Source: an uncultured Acidobacteriota bacterium
GTDB taxonomy: Bacteria > Acidobacteriota > Vicinamibacteria > Fen-336
DNA length: 64,000 nucleotides
Assembly: GCA_963720545.1 (NCBI GenBank)
Contig: OY970399.1
Coordinates: 3,040,001 to 3,104,000 of the forward strand
Direction: 5' to 3'
The notes under the pieces are model-generated. The model worked only from the letters and a program-made list of their open reading frames with translations, searched no databases and was not told the origin of the DNA. Positions 1-10,049 of the stretch are shown here, in pieces; position 1 is the stretch's first letter, and every line of letters starts with the position of its first letter. Both the position numbers and the translations under genes were made by a program.

Positions 1-1
1 G

Positions 2-283
2 CGCCTCGAGCAGCTCTATCCGTTCCCCGGGCCGGTCGTCGCCTCGCTGCTGCAGCGCTACGCCGCGGCGCGCGATGTCGTCTGGGCGCAGGAGGAGCCG
101 CGCAACACCGGCGCGTGGCGCTTCGTGCGCGAGCGCTTCCTCGACGGCGAGGTCCCGGGCAACGACGGCACGCGGCTGCGCTACGTCGGCCGCGACGCCT
201 CGGCGTCACCTGCGCCCGGCTCGTTGAAGCTGCACCAGGCCGAACAGGAGCAGATCGTCGCGGAGTGCCTCAGCCAGTCGTAG
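2..283 (+). CDS. sucA: 2-oxoglutarate dehydrogenase E1 component, C-terminal fragment (5' end outside window)
   Basis: Frame 2 reads RLEQLYPFP...VVWAQEEPRNTGAW...LRYVGRDASASPAPGS...HQAEQEQIV, ending TAG at 281-283; typical SucA C-terminus. Not in the ORF track because the start is outside the window. Confidence 0.9.
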   Translation, partial: RLEQLYPFPGPVVASLLQRYAAARDVVWAQEEPRNTGAWRFVRERFLDGEVPGNDGTRLRYVGRDASASPAPGSLKLHQAEQEQIVAECLSQS

Positions 284-1448
284 CCGGCTGCGGCAGCGCC
301 TGCGGCGCCACCACCCGGTTGCGGCCGCGGCCCTTCGCTTCGTAGAGCGCGCGGTCCGCTAGGATCACCAGCGAGTCGTCGCCGGTTGCCTGCATCGCGT
401 CCAGCATGGCGATCCCGATCGAAACCGTCAGGCGCAGCACCAGCCCCTTCGAGACGTAGACCTCGGCGGCGGCGGCGGCGCGCAGCCGCTCGGCGACGCC
501 GATCGCCTCCTGGAGGCTCGTCTCCGGCAGCACCACCAGGAACTCCTCGCCGCCGAATCGGCCCATCGAGTCCTGCGCGCGCAGGCACTGGGCCACGGTG
601 CCGACGAACTGGCGCAGGACGTCGTCGCCGGCATGATGGCCGTGGCGGTCGTTGATCCTCTTGAAGTGGTCGATGTCCACCATCAGCACGCCCATGCTGG
701 CACCGGAGCGCCGCGAGCGCGCTTCCTCCTTGCGCAGCAGCTCCTCGATGGTGCGGCGGTTGTAGGTTTCGGTGAGCGAGTCGAGGGTGGCGAGCCGGTG
801 CAGCTCGCCGTTGGCGCGCTCGTGCAGCATCAGCACGAAGCCGAAGCCCAGCAGCACCAGCACGTGATAGGTGAAGAACGAAAGGTCCTGCAGGTAGGTG
901 ACGGTGGTGGTCACGGGCGACGCCTGGTTGAGCGCGACGCCGAAGCCGCCGCGCGCGACTTCGGTGACGCCGGCGGCCAGGAAGCCGGCGCCGGTGAAGA
1001 AGTGCGCGATCGACGGCCGGCGGCGATCGGCGTAGAGGAGTTCGCCAGCGCTCGCGAGGTCCCAGGCGCCCTTGATCGCGACCATCAGGAAGCGGCCGCG
1101 TGAATTGGCGTCGTGCAGCAGTGCCAGGGTCGTGATCACCGGCACCGCGAACACCGTGAGGCCGCCCAGCCGCGACGGATACGACTTGCCCTTGAAGCGG
1201 CGGATCGCCTCGTAGAAGGACACCGAAGAGAAAACCATGAGCCCGTGCGCCACGGCGAGCCCCGGGAGCATCCAGCCTGGGCCACGCAGGAACAGGATGA
1301 TCGCGGCCGCCACCATGGCCCACAGTCCGCGCGTCCACTCGCGCGTGCCGAGGCCTGGGTGGGTGCGCTGCACCACTGTCATCCCGACGGCGCAGAACAG
1401 CAGCGTCAGCGCGGTGAAGAAGAACGCGGTGCGCAGGTCGAGGCTCAC
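270..1448 (-). CDS. Membrane-anchored diguanylate cyclase (GGDEF domain)
   Basis: Multi-TM N-terminus, then DSLTETYNRR, MVDIDHFKRINDRHGH, RxxD I-site (RAQD) and RFGGEEF. GTG at 1448 overlaps the upstream gene's TGA, so the true start is downstream of the track's 2210. Confidence 0.9.
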   Translation of the reverse strand: MSLDLRTAFFFTALTLLFCAVGMTVVQRTHPGLGTREWTRGLWAMVAAAIILFLRGPGWMLPGLAVAHGLMVFSSVSFYEAIRRFKGKSYPSRLGGLTVFAVPVITTLALLHDANSRGRFLMVAIKGAWDLASAGELLYADRRRPSIAHFFTGAGFLAAGVTEVARGGFGVALNQASPVTTTVTYLQDLSFFTYHVLVLLGFGFVLMLHERANGELHRLATLDSLTETYNRRTIEELLRKEEARSRRSGASMGVLMVDIDHFKRINDRHGHHAGDDVLRQFVGTVAQCLRAQDSMGRFGGEEFLVVLPETSLQEAIGVAERLRAAAAAEVYVSKGLVLRLTVSIGIAMLDAMQATGDDSLVILADRALYEAKGRGRNRVVAPQALPQPATTG

Positions 1449-2740
1449 CTCTCTCCCATGCCGTTGAGGTCGAGCAGCGTCAGCGCGATCACCTTGGTGG
1501 CCGCGACCAGGTCGTCGATGCCGCACCACTCGTCGGGCTGGTGGGCGAGGTCGAGGATTCCCGGCCCGTAGGCGACGCAGTGTTCCAGGCCGCCGATGCG
1601 CGCGACGTGCTTCTGGTCGTAGGTGCCCGGGCTCGCGATGTGGGTGGCGGAGCGGCCCAGGACGCTCATCACCGAACGCTCGAGCGCCTGCACCAGCGGC
1701 GAATCGGGAGGAGCCGCCGAGGGATGCACCACCATGCGGTCCTTCAGTTCGTACTCGAATTCCGGGAAGCGGCGGCGCATGTCTTCGAGCAGCGCAGCGA
1801 TCTCCGCGCGTGCGGCATCGAAGCCTTCCTCGACGAGGAAGCGCCGGTCGAAAATGGCATGGCAGCGGTCCACCACGCAGGGGCTCTGGACTTCGCTGTC
1901 CGCCTGTCCGCCCCAGAGAGCGTTGACGTTGATGGTCGCGTGCCGGGCGCCGTCGGGCACCACCGGCACCGCGGTGCGGCGCGCGAACAGCGCCGGCTTC
2001 AGCTCGTTGCGCACCACCTCGAGAAACGCGGCCATCGACTCGACGGCGCTGCGGCCGAGAAACGGCATCGAGCCGTGCGCGACGCGGCCGCGCGTCGTCA
2101 CCTCGAACCAGTAGACGCCGCGGTGGCCGAGGCAGATGCGGTCGACGTTGAGCGGCTCCGGGATGATGACGTAGTCGGTGCGGCCCTTGCGGATGCGGCC
2201 GATCTCGCACAGGTGGGCGACGCCGGCGAAGCCGCCGCTCTCCTCGTCCACGGTGCCGCTCAGCTCGACGCTCCCCGGCAGCTCGATGCCGGCGCGGCGC
2301 AGGGCCTCGGCGGCGAACAGGCCGGCGGCGATGCCGGCCTTCATGTCACCGGTGCCGCGGCCGTAGATCCTGCCGTCCTTGATGGTGCCGGCCCACGGGT
2401 CGACGGTCCAGCCCTCGCCGGCCGGGACCACGTCGAAATGGCCGTTGATGTGGACGAGCGGCCCGCGCCCGGTGCCGGCGCGCGCGCCCACCACGTTGAC
2501 GCGCGGGTGCTGCCGGGTGTGCTCCTTGTGGCCGTCCGCCTCGATGTATTCGACGCCGAAACCGCAGCGCGCGAGGTGCCGCCCGATCGCGAGCGCGCCG
2601 TCGCGGTAGTTCTCGCCCGGCGGGTTGACAGTGGGAATGCGCACCAACTCCACCGTCAGGGCGACGATCTCTTCGCGCAGGTCGTCCACGGCGCGCAGCG
2701 CGCGCTCGGCAAGGGCGTGCGGCAGGCTGGTCGTCGTCAT
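1445..2740 (-). CDS. M20 family metallo-amidohydrolase (ArgE/DapE-like)
   Basis: Motifs NGHFDVVP, YGRGTGDMKAG, DEESGG, PEP, AHGS and AHQPDEW. Confidence 0.9.
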   Translation of the reverse strand: MTTTSLPHALAERALRAVDDLREEIVALTVELVRIPTVNPPGENYRDGALAIGRHLARCGFGVEYIEADGHKEHTRQHPRVNVVGARAGTGRGPLVHINGHFDVVPAGEGWTVDPWAGTIKDGRIYGRGTGDMKAGIAAGLFAAEALRRAGIELPGSVELSGTVDEESGGFAGVAHLCEIGRIRKGRTDYVIIPEPLNVDRICLGHRGVYWFEVTTRGRVAHGSMPFLGRSAVESMAAFLEVVRNELKPALFARRTAVPVVPDGARHATINVNALWGGQADSEVQSPCVVDRCHAIFDRRFLVEEGFDAARAEIAALLEDMRRRFPEFEYELKDRMVVHPSAAPPDSPLVQALERSVMSVLGRSATHIASPGTYDQKHVARIGGLEHCVAYGPGILDLAHQPDEWCGIDDLVAATKVIALTLLDLNGMGER

Positions 2741-2764
2741 GATTCAGCCGCCATTCTATGGCGG

Positions 2765-4951
2765 TCAGACGAGCCGCTTCAGCGTCCTCGGGCGCGGCCA
2801 GGGGCTCGGCACCTCGCCGGGCACGGTGGCGGGCAGGCCACACAGGCCGCGTGCCGCCTGCATGCCGGACATCACCGCCGATTCGACGGCGCCGCCGAGG
2901 CCGGTGAACAACCAGTCCCCGGCGAGGGCCAGGTTGGTGAAGCCAGAGGTGTCGGCTTCGAGGCGGTAGCGGGCGGTGCCGGGAAGGTCGAGGACGTAGC
3001 GTTCCGAGGGCGTGTAGTTGGCCCGTACGTATTGCGCCGCGAAGCGGGCCTCGCCGGTCTGGTTCGCGATGTCGCAGAGGAGGTCGAAGCGCAGCGCGCG
3101 CGGATCGTCGGGCGCGACCGAGGCGGGGTAGAGGTGCGCCAGGTAGCTCTGGCACCACGCGTAGGCGTTCGCCTCGGCAAGCTGCGTCTGCCCGGCGCCG
3201 TACCCGGGATCGGGGCCTTGCGGCATCCCCGGCGGGTTCAGCATCGGGCCGCAGAAGTAGACGATTGCCTGCGGCTCTTCCCCGGCAGGCCAGTCCTCGC
3301 GCGGGATCACGCCCGACATGTCTGACCAGCTCTCGAACGGCTGGCCGTAGGCGGTGCCTGTGGTGTTGCCCATGGGCCAGCCGAGGCGCCCCACATCGGG
3401 CTTCCACCAAAGTTGCAGCGCCTGTGTCTGGATGGTCTGCAGGTTCGCGACCATCTCGCGCCAGTCGCTGCTCTTCGCGATCAGGTCCGAACAGATGCCA
3501 GGAAACGCGCCGATCGAGATGCCGAGCACCGCGGCGTCGAAGTCGACGCCGGCGTGCATCTCGAGCGTGCCCACCGGAGCCCAGTTCGTCCACGGATCCT
3601 CGAGGTTGGCGCCGCGCGCCTGTATCGCCGCGGCCTGCGCCGGATCGAGCTGTGCGAAGAGCGGCTCGGAAGGCCAGCTCGGCAGGCCGTTCACCACCTG
3701 CAGCGGGTCGTACTCGGCGCGGCCCGGCGCCAGGTCGGCCTGGCGGCCGATGCGGATCGTTTCGACGCGCGTGCCGTCCGCGGCCACAGCGAGGTCCAGG
3801 ACCTCGTGGAAGAAGCGGAAGGTGACGCCGTTGCGCTTGCACATTTCGTAGATCGGCCCGAAGCACGCATCGCCCATCCCCGACTGCATCTTCCAGAACA
3901 AGGCGCCCTTGTATTCGCCGACCACGCGCAGCAGGTGCAGCAGGCCCATGCCGGCGCTCATCCGCGGCCGGCTGCGGTCGCCGTTCTCGTAGGCGAAGAA
4001 ATAGTCGTAGAAGCCGCGCAGCGGCGCCGACTGCAGCGCCAGCTCGGTCGCGCCGTGGCGGCCGAGCCATTCGGTGAGGTCGTAGTCGTCGATCGCCATG
4101 AAGCCGTGCTGGTCGATGCCGTCGGCGATCATGCCGCGGGCCGCGGCGAAACCGAGGTCGGCGAGCACGAACAGCCGGCGCGCTTCGTTGTCCTCGGCGA
4201 CCGCGCGCTCGGCGGCGTGCGCCAGCCAGCGCGCGAGCGTGTCGAGCAGGATGAGGATCAGCGAGTGGTCGCTGGCGCGCAGCGCCGGCGCGCCGGTGCT
4301 GGCGGCGCTGCGCACTTCCGCGTGCACGCGCTCGAAGACGTCGGCCGGGGTCGGGGGCGCGGGGGGCGCGAGGCTTGCGCTGCCGCCGAAGATCGAGGCG
4401 AGATGCACGAAATGGTGGCGCTCGCCGACCGCGTCGGTGAGTGCCTGCAGCACGCTCGTGTGCGGGAATGCGAACACCGCCGCCTTGATCCAGCCGACCA
4501 GCATCTCGATGTATTCCCAGACACTCGGCAGGCGCGCGCCCTCTCCGGGCACGCCGTCGTTGGTGGCAGACGGTACCGGCCAGGTCGCGAACCTGCCGTC
4601 CACCTGCTCCTGCCAGGTGACGAACGGGTGCGGGCGGAACGCCTCGTCCCAGGTGCGCAGCGGCGCGCCTTCTGGGCGGCCGAGAGCACCGTAGCAGTCC
4701 TGCATGAGGCGGAACGCGTTGTAGTAGAAGCCCCCCCAGACGTGCAGGCCGTGCTCCTCGATGCGGTTCGCGACGGCGGCATTGCGCCCGCTCGCACCCT
4801 TGCCGCCGAGCCGCCAGCCGATCTGGTAGACGGTGACGTCGAGCGCCGCGCGCAGCTCTGCGGTCGAAGAGAGGTAATAGGCAGCGCTCATGGCGCCGGC
4901 GCCGCCGCCGAGGATCGCGACCTTCTTCTTCGCCGCCTGCGGTTCGTTCAT
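2765..4951 (-). CDS. FAD/NAD(P)-binding oxidoreductase, carotenoid-desaturase/amine-oxidase-like, paralog B
   Basis: Rossmann ILGGGAGAMSAA, GWRLGGKGASGR, EEHGLHVWGGFY and C-terminal LAGDW...GAVESAVMSGMQAA; ATGA overlap with upstream paralog. Confidence 0.8.
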   Translation of the reverse strand: MNEPQAAKKKVAILGGGAGAMSAAYYLSSTAELRAALDVTVYQIGWRLGGKGASGRNAAVANRIEEHGLHVWGGFYYNAFRLMQDCYGALGRPEGAPLRTWDEAFRPHPFVTWQEQVDGRFATWPVPSATNDGVPGEGARLPSVWEYIEMLVGWIKAAVFAFPHTSVLQALTDAVGERHHFVHLASIFGGSASLAPPAPPTPADVFERVHAEVRSAASTGAPALRASDHSLILILLDTLARWLAHAAERAVAEDNEARRLFVLADLGFAAARGMIADGIDQHGFMAIDDYDLTEWLGRHGATELALQSAPLRGFYDYFFAYENGDRSRPRMSAGMGLLHLLRVVGEYKGALFWKMQSGMGDACFGPIYEMCKRNGVTFRFFHEVLDLAVAADGTRVETIRIGRQADLAPGRAEYDPLQVVNGLPSWPSEPLFAQLDPAQAAAIQARGANLEDPWTNWAPVGTLEMHAGVDFDAAVLGISIGAFPGICSDLIAKSSDWREMVANLQTIQTQALQLWWKPDVGRLGWPMGNTTGTAYGQPFESWSDMSGVIPREDWPAGEEPQAIVYFCGPMLNPPGMPQGPDPGYGAGQTQLAEANAYAWCQSYLAHLYPASVAPDDPRALRFDLLCDIANQTGEARFAAQYVRANYTPSERYVLDLPGTARYRLEADTSGFTNLALAGDWLFTGLGGAVESAVMSGMQAARGLCGLPATVPGEVPSPWPRPRTLKRLV

Positions 4952-7173
4952 TTCAGCCCGCCGACGATCGGGATCGCGATGCCCGACAGCGCCGCCGCCG
5001 CGTCCATCCCCGCCATCACCGCCGACTCGACACAGCCGGCGTTGATCGAGGTGCGCACCCAGTCACCGGCCAGGTACACGTTGTCGAAACCCGATTCGCG
5101 GCCGTGCAGGCGGAACTTCGAGGTACCGGGCAGCGACAGCACGTAGCGCTCGGTGGGATCGATGTTGACGCGGAAGTATTGCGCCGCGAGCCGCTCGGCG
5201 CCACTGCCGCTGCCGTGCAGCAGCTCGAGGTTGAGGGCGTTCGGCGCGCCGGGCACGGTCGCCTGCGGCCAGATATGGCCGACGTTCTGCTGCAGCCACT
5301 GCGCCGCGATCTCCTGGTAGCGCGCGAGTTCCCGCGCCGGAAAGCCATGGTCGCTGAACGGCGGGATCACTTCGGCATCGGGGAACTCGGAGCAGAAGTA
5401 TGCGAGAAAACTTGGTCCTCCTTGTGCGGGCCACGATTCGCGCGGCAGCAGGAAGCTCATGTCCGCCCAGGTGTTGAGGAGTTCCGCGTAGGCCGAGACG
5501 ATGCGCGGCGGCACCGGCGCGCCGAGCGCCGCGGCATCCGGGTCGAGCCACAGCTGCATGCTCGCGGTCTGCACGGTGGCGACGTTCGCGCACATGTCGT
5601 GAAACGCCTGGCTCGCGTCGCGCAGCTCCTGCGCGACGTCCTTGAAGGCGCCGAGCGAGATGCCGAGCACCACGTCGTCGAAGTCGGTGCCGCGCGTGAG
5701 CGTCACCGGAACACCGACAGGTTCGGCCCACGCCGACTCGAGGTTGATGCCGCTCGCCTTCAGCTTCGCGCCGTCGTGCAGCTGCGCGTAGAGCGGCTCC
5801 GCCGGCCAGCAGGGCATGCCCTTCACGTCCACGAGCGGCGCGTAAACCCCGTCGGGGTCGAGGACCTCCGCCTGGAGCGTGAGCTCGATGCTCTCGACCG
5901 AAGGCACCTTGGCGCCAGGCGGCGGCGGCGCGACGTGCAACCGTTCCACCTTGTGGAAGAAGGCGAACTTCACGCCGCGACCGCGCAACGCGAGGAAGAG
6001 AGGCGCGAACACGATGTCGCCCATGCCGCCCTGCATCTCCCAGAAGAGCGCGCCCTTGAACGTCAGCACCAGCCGCATCACGCCGTTGGTGGCGGTGCCC
6101 GCTTCCACTTCCATCGCGTCCGAGCGGCCGCCGCGAAAGCCAAAGATGTAGTCGTAGATGCCGCGCACGAATGCCGAGCCCACGGTCGCCGGCGAGCCGC
6201 CGTGCCTGGCGAGCCAGGCGCGCCACTCGATGTCGTTGATCACCGTGAAGCCATGGAACAGCACGCCATCCGCGACCATGCCGCGCGCGGTGGCGAGCCC
6301 GAGGTCGCAGATGACGTAGAGGCGGCGCACCTCGTCGGGGAGGTCGAGCCGTCCCGCGCCCGCGCTGATGCGGGCGTGCGCCTCGCTGAGGAAGTTGACG
6401 AGCGAGGCGTGTTCGACGGCGAAATGCTCGGCCACGTCCTCCTCGAGCCAGCCGGCGAAGCGCAGCGTGGCGTGCAGGATGTCGTGGGTCGAATAGCCGC
6501 GCAGCGGCGAGGCCAGCGGCGCGCGCGCCGGCGGCGTGCCGCTGGTTCCCGGCGTGAGCGCCGCCCAGGCGTCGAGCGGTTCGGAAGCCGGCGCCTGCGC
6601 CAGCACGGTGTTCATCTGCGCCGCCAGCGGCACGGCGCTCGGCGGCCCGGGCGCTTCGATGTCGTGGTCGCCGATCTGGTGCACGATCCACTCGAGCACC
6701 AGCTTCACGTACTGCCACGGCGAAGGCACCTCGCCGCCGCGTCCCGGCCAGCCGCCGTCTTGCGGAAAGGTGAGGGGCCAGCTGCGCCAGCCGTTGTCGA
6801 TCCATTCCTGGAGCATCACCGCGCTGTGCTGCTTGAAGGCGCCGGCCTTGAACCAGGCGGGAGCCTCCCTGGCGGCGCCGCCTTCGGCGCGCTGCGCCGC
6901 CACCGCCGCGGCCGTCGCCGGCATCGCGGCGTAGCACTCGTCCATCACCTTGAAGGCGTTTTCGTAGAAGCCGCCCCAGACGTGCAGGCCGTGCTCCTGG
7001 ATGCGATCGCCGGAATCGGCGTTGCGGCCGCTGGCGCCCTTGCCGCCCAGCCGCCAGCCCATCTGGTACACCGTGATCTCGTAGTTGTCGGCCGCGCCGG
7101 GCAGGCCGCAGAGTGCCCAGGCGGCTGCCAGGCCGCCGGTGCCGCCGCCGAGCACCGCGATCTTCTTCTTCAT
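4948..7173 (-). CDS. FAD/NAD(P)-binding oxidoreductase, carotenoid-desaturase/amine-oxidase-like, paralog A
   Basis: MKKKIAVLGGGTGGLAAA, GWRLGGKGASGR, QEHGLHVWGGFY, YLAGDW...GCVESAVMAGMDAA; ATG at 7173 overlaps the stop of the upstream gene. Confidence 0.8.
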   Translation of the reverse strand: MKKKIAVLGGGTGGLAAAWALCGLPGAADNYEITVYQMGWRLGGKGASGRNADSGDRIQEHGLHVWGGFYENAFKVMDECYAAMPATAAAVAAQRAEGGAAREAPAWFKAGAFKQHSAVMLQEWIDNGWRSWPLTFPQDGGWPGRGGEVPSPWQYVKLVLEWIVHQIGDHDIEAPGPPSAVPLAAQMNTVLAQAPASEPLDAWAALTPGTSGTPPARAPLASPLRGYSTHDILHATLRFAGWLEEDVAEHFAVEHASLVNFLSEAHARISAGAGRLDLPDEVRRLYVICDLGLATARGMVADGVLFHGFTVINDIEWRAWLARHGGSPATVGSAFVRGIYDYIFGFRGGRSDAMEVEAGTATNGVMRLVLTFKGALFWEMQGGMGDIVFAPLFLALRGRGVKFAFFHKVERLHVAPPPPGAKVPSVESIELTLQAEVLDPDGVYAPLVDVKGMPCWPAEPLYAQLHDGAKLKASGINLESAWAEPVGVPVTLTRGTDFDDVVLGISLGAFKDVAQELRDASQAFHDMCANVATVQTASMQLWLDPDAAALGAPVPPRIVSAYAELLNTWADMSFLLPRESWPAQGGPSFLAYFCSEFPDAEVIPPFSDHGFPARELARYQEIAAQWLQQNVGHIWPQATVPGAPNALNLELLHGSGSGAERLAAQYFRVNIDPTERYVLSLPGTSKFRLHGRESGFDNVYLAGDWVRTSINAGCVESAVMAGMDAAAALSGIAIPIVGGLK

Positions 7174-7928
7174 GAGCGCGCTGCCCTCTCGCCGTGGCCT
7201 GCCCACGACGGCGGTCCCAGCGTCCACGGCACCTCGATGCGGTAGGCACCGTAAGGCGACTCGTCTACGCCGGGAAACTGGTGCTCCGCCACTGGTACGC
7301 CGGGGGCGAAGGAGTTCGCGATGCGGATGTCGAGCGACACCGGCTGAACGCGAGCTCGCTCCATGTGGAAGATGAGGTGCGAGTAGATGAACGAACCGAA
7401 GAGACCGGGGCCCATGAACGGCAGGTGGAAGACGGGGGTCGTGCGGCTCGTGTTGGGATAGTCGGCGAGCGAACCCCAGGGACCGCGGTCGCCGAAGCTC
7501 GCTGTCAGGAGCGGCGTGCCCGCGATGAGGCTCGCGATGTCGTACGCGGAGCTGCTGCTGCGCACGCGCGCCCGCCGCTTCGGGTAGCCATAGAACCAGC
7601 CGGCGACCACGAACAGCCAGCTGTCGAGAAAGAGTCGCGGCATGAAGACGAACGGCCCCGGCCAGGGCGCCTTGCCGGGAGCGCGCTCGACGAACGGCAC
7701 CGCCAGCAGGAACTCGAGGTAGGCGCGGTCGTCGAGGCGGAAGGGCCCGCTATGGACGTTCACGCCCCACTCGCGGCCGAGCATGAAGACGAGCGGGTGC
7801 TCGTCGGGACCGGTGACCTGCTGCTCGGCCAGCGCCATGCCCGGCAGCAGCATCGCGGCGGCCAGCGCCCGCGGCGCGGGCCACAATCCGAAAACGGCGG
7901 TGAAGGTTCCGGTCGCGTAGAGCGCCAC
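7170..7928 (-). CDS. Acetoacetate decarboxylase-like family protein
   Basis: Pattern YLEFLLAVPFV...FMPRLFLDS...GWFYGYPKR resembles the ADC-fold signature (Y.E...; G.PK Schiff-base Lys); 252 aa; GTG 3 nt after the receptor stop. Confidence 0.6.
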   Translation of the reverse strand: MALYATGTFTAVFGLWPAPRALAAAMLLPGMALAEQQVTGPDEHPLVFMLGREWGVNVHSGPFRLDDRAYLEFLLAVPFVERAPGKAPWPGPFVFMPRLFLDSWLFVVAGWFYGYPKRRARVRSSSSAYDIASLIAGTPLLTASFGDRGPWGSLADYPNTSRTTPVFHLPFMGPGLFGSFIYSHLIFHMERARVQPVSLDIRIANSFAPGVPVAEHQFPGVDESPYGAYRIEVPWTLGPPSWAGHGERAARS

Positions 7929-7931
7929 GGC

Positions 7932-10034
7932 TCAGAACTTCACGCGCACCTGCGCCGTGACCTTGCGGCGGATGATGTCGCCGAAGATGTGCTGCTGCAC
8001 GGCACGGTCGAACAGGTTGGTGGCGTTCAGCGCCACTTCCGCCTTCTGCCGCGGGAAGCGCCAGCCGAGCGCGGCATTGACGAGCGCATAGCCGGGGGTC
8101 GCGCCCCAGAAGCGGCTGTCGAGGACATCGGCCCAGAACGCCGGGCTGGTGGCGGTGATGCCGGCGGAGCCGAAAAAACGCGGCCGCTGCCACGCGATCG
8201 AGAGCCCCGCCTGGTGACGCGGTGGCTTGTTGAGCGTGAGCGGGATGAGCGAGTCGTTGGTGATCCGCGGCGGTGCCTGCAGCGTGTACGAGGCGCGCAC
8301 CGTGACACCAGCGGCCACGTCCATGTCGAGCGAGGTTTCGAGGCCGCGGTCGCGGACCCTGCCGACGTTGACGAAGCCGAACGTCTCGGGAAGCGTGAAG
8401 GGCGGCACCGTGAACGGCGGCAGCGGCCAGCCGGGCGGCGGATTCTCCGGGCCGAAGAACGCGGTCGGCACGAACGCGATGTTCTCGCTGATCTCGTTCT
8501 GGTAGGCGGACACGGTCGCGATTGCACGCGCGCCAAGCTCCGCGGTCCAGCCCACCTCCACCGAGTGCACGTACTCCTCGCGCAGGTCCGGGTTGCCGAG
8601 CGCCCTGCTGATGAACAGGAACGGCGTCGTGCCCAGCGGGATGACGTTCGGCACCGGCGTGTCGAGGAAGTTCTCGAGCAGCGATGGCGAGCGGTAGGCG
8701 CGGTTGTAGGCGAGGCGCAGCTGCTGCTTCGCGGTCGGCTTGAAGAGCACGCTGGTGCGCGGCGAGAAGGTGGCGCCGAGCGTGTCGAAGTAGTCGAGCC
8801 GGCCGCCGAACGTGAGGCTCACCTTCGGCGCCAGCGTGAACAGGTCCTCGGCGAAGACGCCGGCATCGTTGCGCGCGTTCTCGTTCGGCGCGAGGTTGAT
8901 GTCGAAGCGGTTGGCGCGCAGGTTGCCGCCGGTCACCAGCACGTGGCGCGTGCCGAACAGGTGGCGCGCGGTGAGGTCGAGCACGTAGGTGTCGTTGATG
9001 AAGGTGAAGTCGAGGCCGTTGATGAGGTTGGGCGCGTCGCCGCGCAGCCCGTTCCAGTAGGCCTTCGCCTCGAGGCCGCCGTGGCTGTAGCTCGCCTCCG
9101 CATACGAGACGTGCGCGCCCTGTTTGATGCCGAACGGACCGATCGTCGTGTGCACGATGCCGCTGGTGCCGCCGATGCCGGCGCGAAACGACCACGCCGT
9201 GCCCGGTTCCGGGTCGTAGTCGACACGCAGGTCGCCTTTCGGCTGCCGCGTGCCGAGGTTCGCGAAGTCGTAGCCGGCCGGCAGCGGATCGCCGTTCGGC
9301 AGCGTCTTCCTGCGTTGCCATTGATCCTGGCGGTAGTAGCTGGCGCCCGCCTTGTAGCTGAGCTTCTCGAAGGCGCGCGCGTAACGCCCCGAGACGGAGC
9401 GCGTGCCGAGCTCGCCGCCGCCGAGGCTCACGAGTCCGCCCTCGATCTCACGCGGCGGCTTGGTGCGCAGGTTGATGACGCCGGAGAGGGCGTTGGCGCC
9501 CCACACCGCGGAGCCGGGTCCGCGCGCCACCTCGATGTCCTTGATCTCGTCGAAGTCGAGCGGGATGTAGTCCCACAGCACGACGCCGTAGAAGTCGAGG
9601 TAGATCGAGCGGCCGTCGAGCAGCACCAGCTGGCTGTTCTCGGTGACGCCGGTTGCGCCGCGGGCGCGGATGCTGACGTCGCGTGCCGAGGTCTGGATGA
9701 CGTTCACGCCGGGGACGCCGCGCAGCAGGTCGCCGTAGTTGTCGGCGGGTGTGGTCTCGATCTGCCGCGGGCCGAGGACGCTGATGGCGACCGGCGAATC
9801 GAACAGCAACTGCTCGGTGCGCGAGGCGGTGACCACCACCGTTTCGGAGAGCCTGGCGATACCGGTGGTCGCGTCGGTGGTGGCGACTGCGGCCGGTTCG
9901 GGTGAAGGCGAGGGCGCGGGTGTTGGCGAAGACTGCGCGGTTGCGGCGGGGGCCTGGGCTCGCAGCGGCGCGCTCGCAAGCAGGAGGAGAACGCCACAGC
10001 CCACGACCGCTCGCAGCGCCGGCGGCATTTTCAT
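7932..10034 (-). CDS. TonB-dependent outer-membrane receptor
   Basis: Signal peptide, TonB box ETVVVTASR, plug (LRGVPGV, LVLLDGR, IEVARGPGSAVWGANALSGVINL), NLFD near the end and terminal Phe; start trimmed to MKMPP. Confidence 0.92.
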   Translation of the reverse strand: MKMPPALRAVVGCGVLLLLASAPLRAQAPAATAQSSPTPAPSPSPEPAAVATTDATTGIARLSETVVVTASRTEQLLFDSPVAISVLGPRQIETTPADNYGDLLRGVPGVNVIQTSARDVSIRARGATGVTENSQLVLLDGRSIYLDFYGVVLWDYIPLDFDEIKDIEVARGPGSAVWGANALSGVINLRTKPPREIEGGLVSLGGGELGTRSVSGRYARAFEKLSYKAGASYYRQDQWQRRKTLPNGDPLPAGYDFANLGTRQPKGDLRVDYDPEPGTAWSFRAGIGGTSGIVHTTIGPFGIKQGAHVSYAEASYSHGGLEAKAYWNGLRGDAPNLINGLDFTFINDTYVLDLTARHLFGTRHVLVTGGNLRANRFDINLAPNENARNDAGVFAEDLFTLAPKVSLTFGGRLDYFDTLGATFSPRTSVLFKPTAKQQLRLAYNRAYRSPSLLENFLDTPVPNVIPLGTTPFLFISRALGNPDLREEYVHSVEVGWTAELGARAIATVSAYQNEISENIAFVPTAFFGPENPPPGWPLPPFTVPPFTLPETFGFVNVGRVRDRGLETSLDMDVAAGVTVRASYTLQAPPRITNDSLIPLTLNKPPRHQAGLSIAWQRPRFFGSAGITATSPAFWADVLDSRFWGATPGYALVNAALGWRFPRQKAEVALNATNLFDRAVQQHIFGDIIRRKVTAQVRVKF

Positions 10035-10049
10035 GATGAGAAGGTGGCT

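Noticed and set aside
2765..7173. Calling the flavoproteins crtP/crtQ/crtU or hpnE
   Set aside because: Only terminal motifs are shared, the proteins are longer, and no phytoene/squalene synthase context is present.
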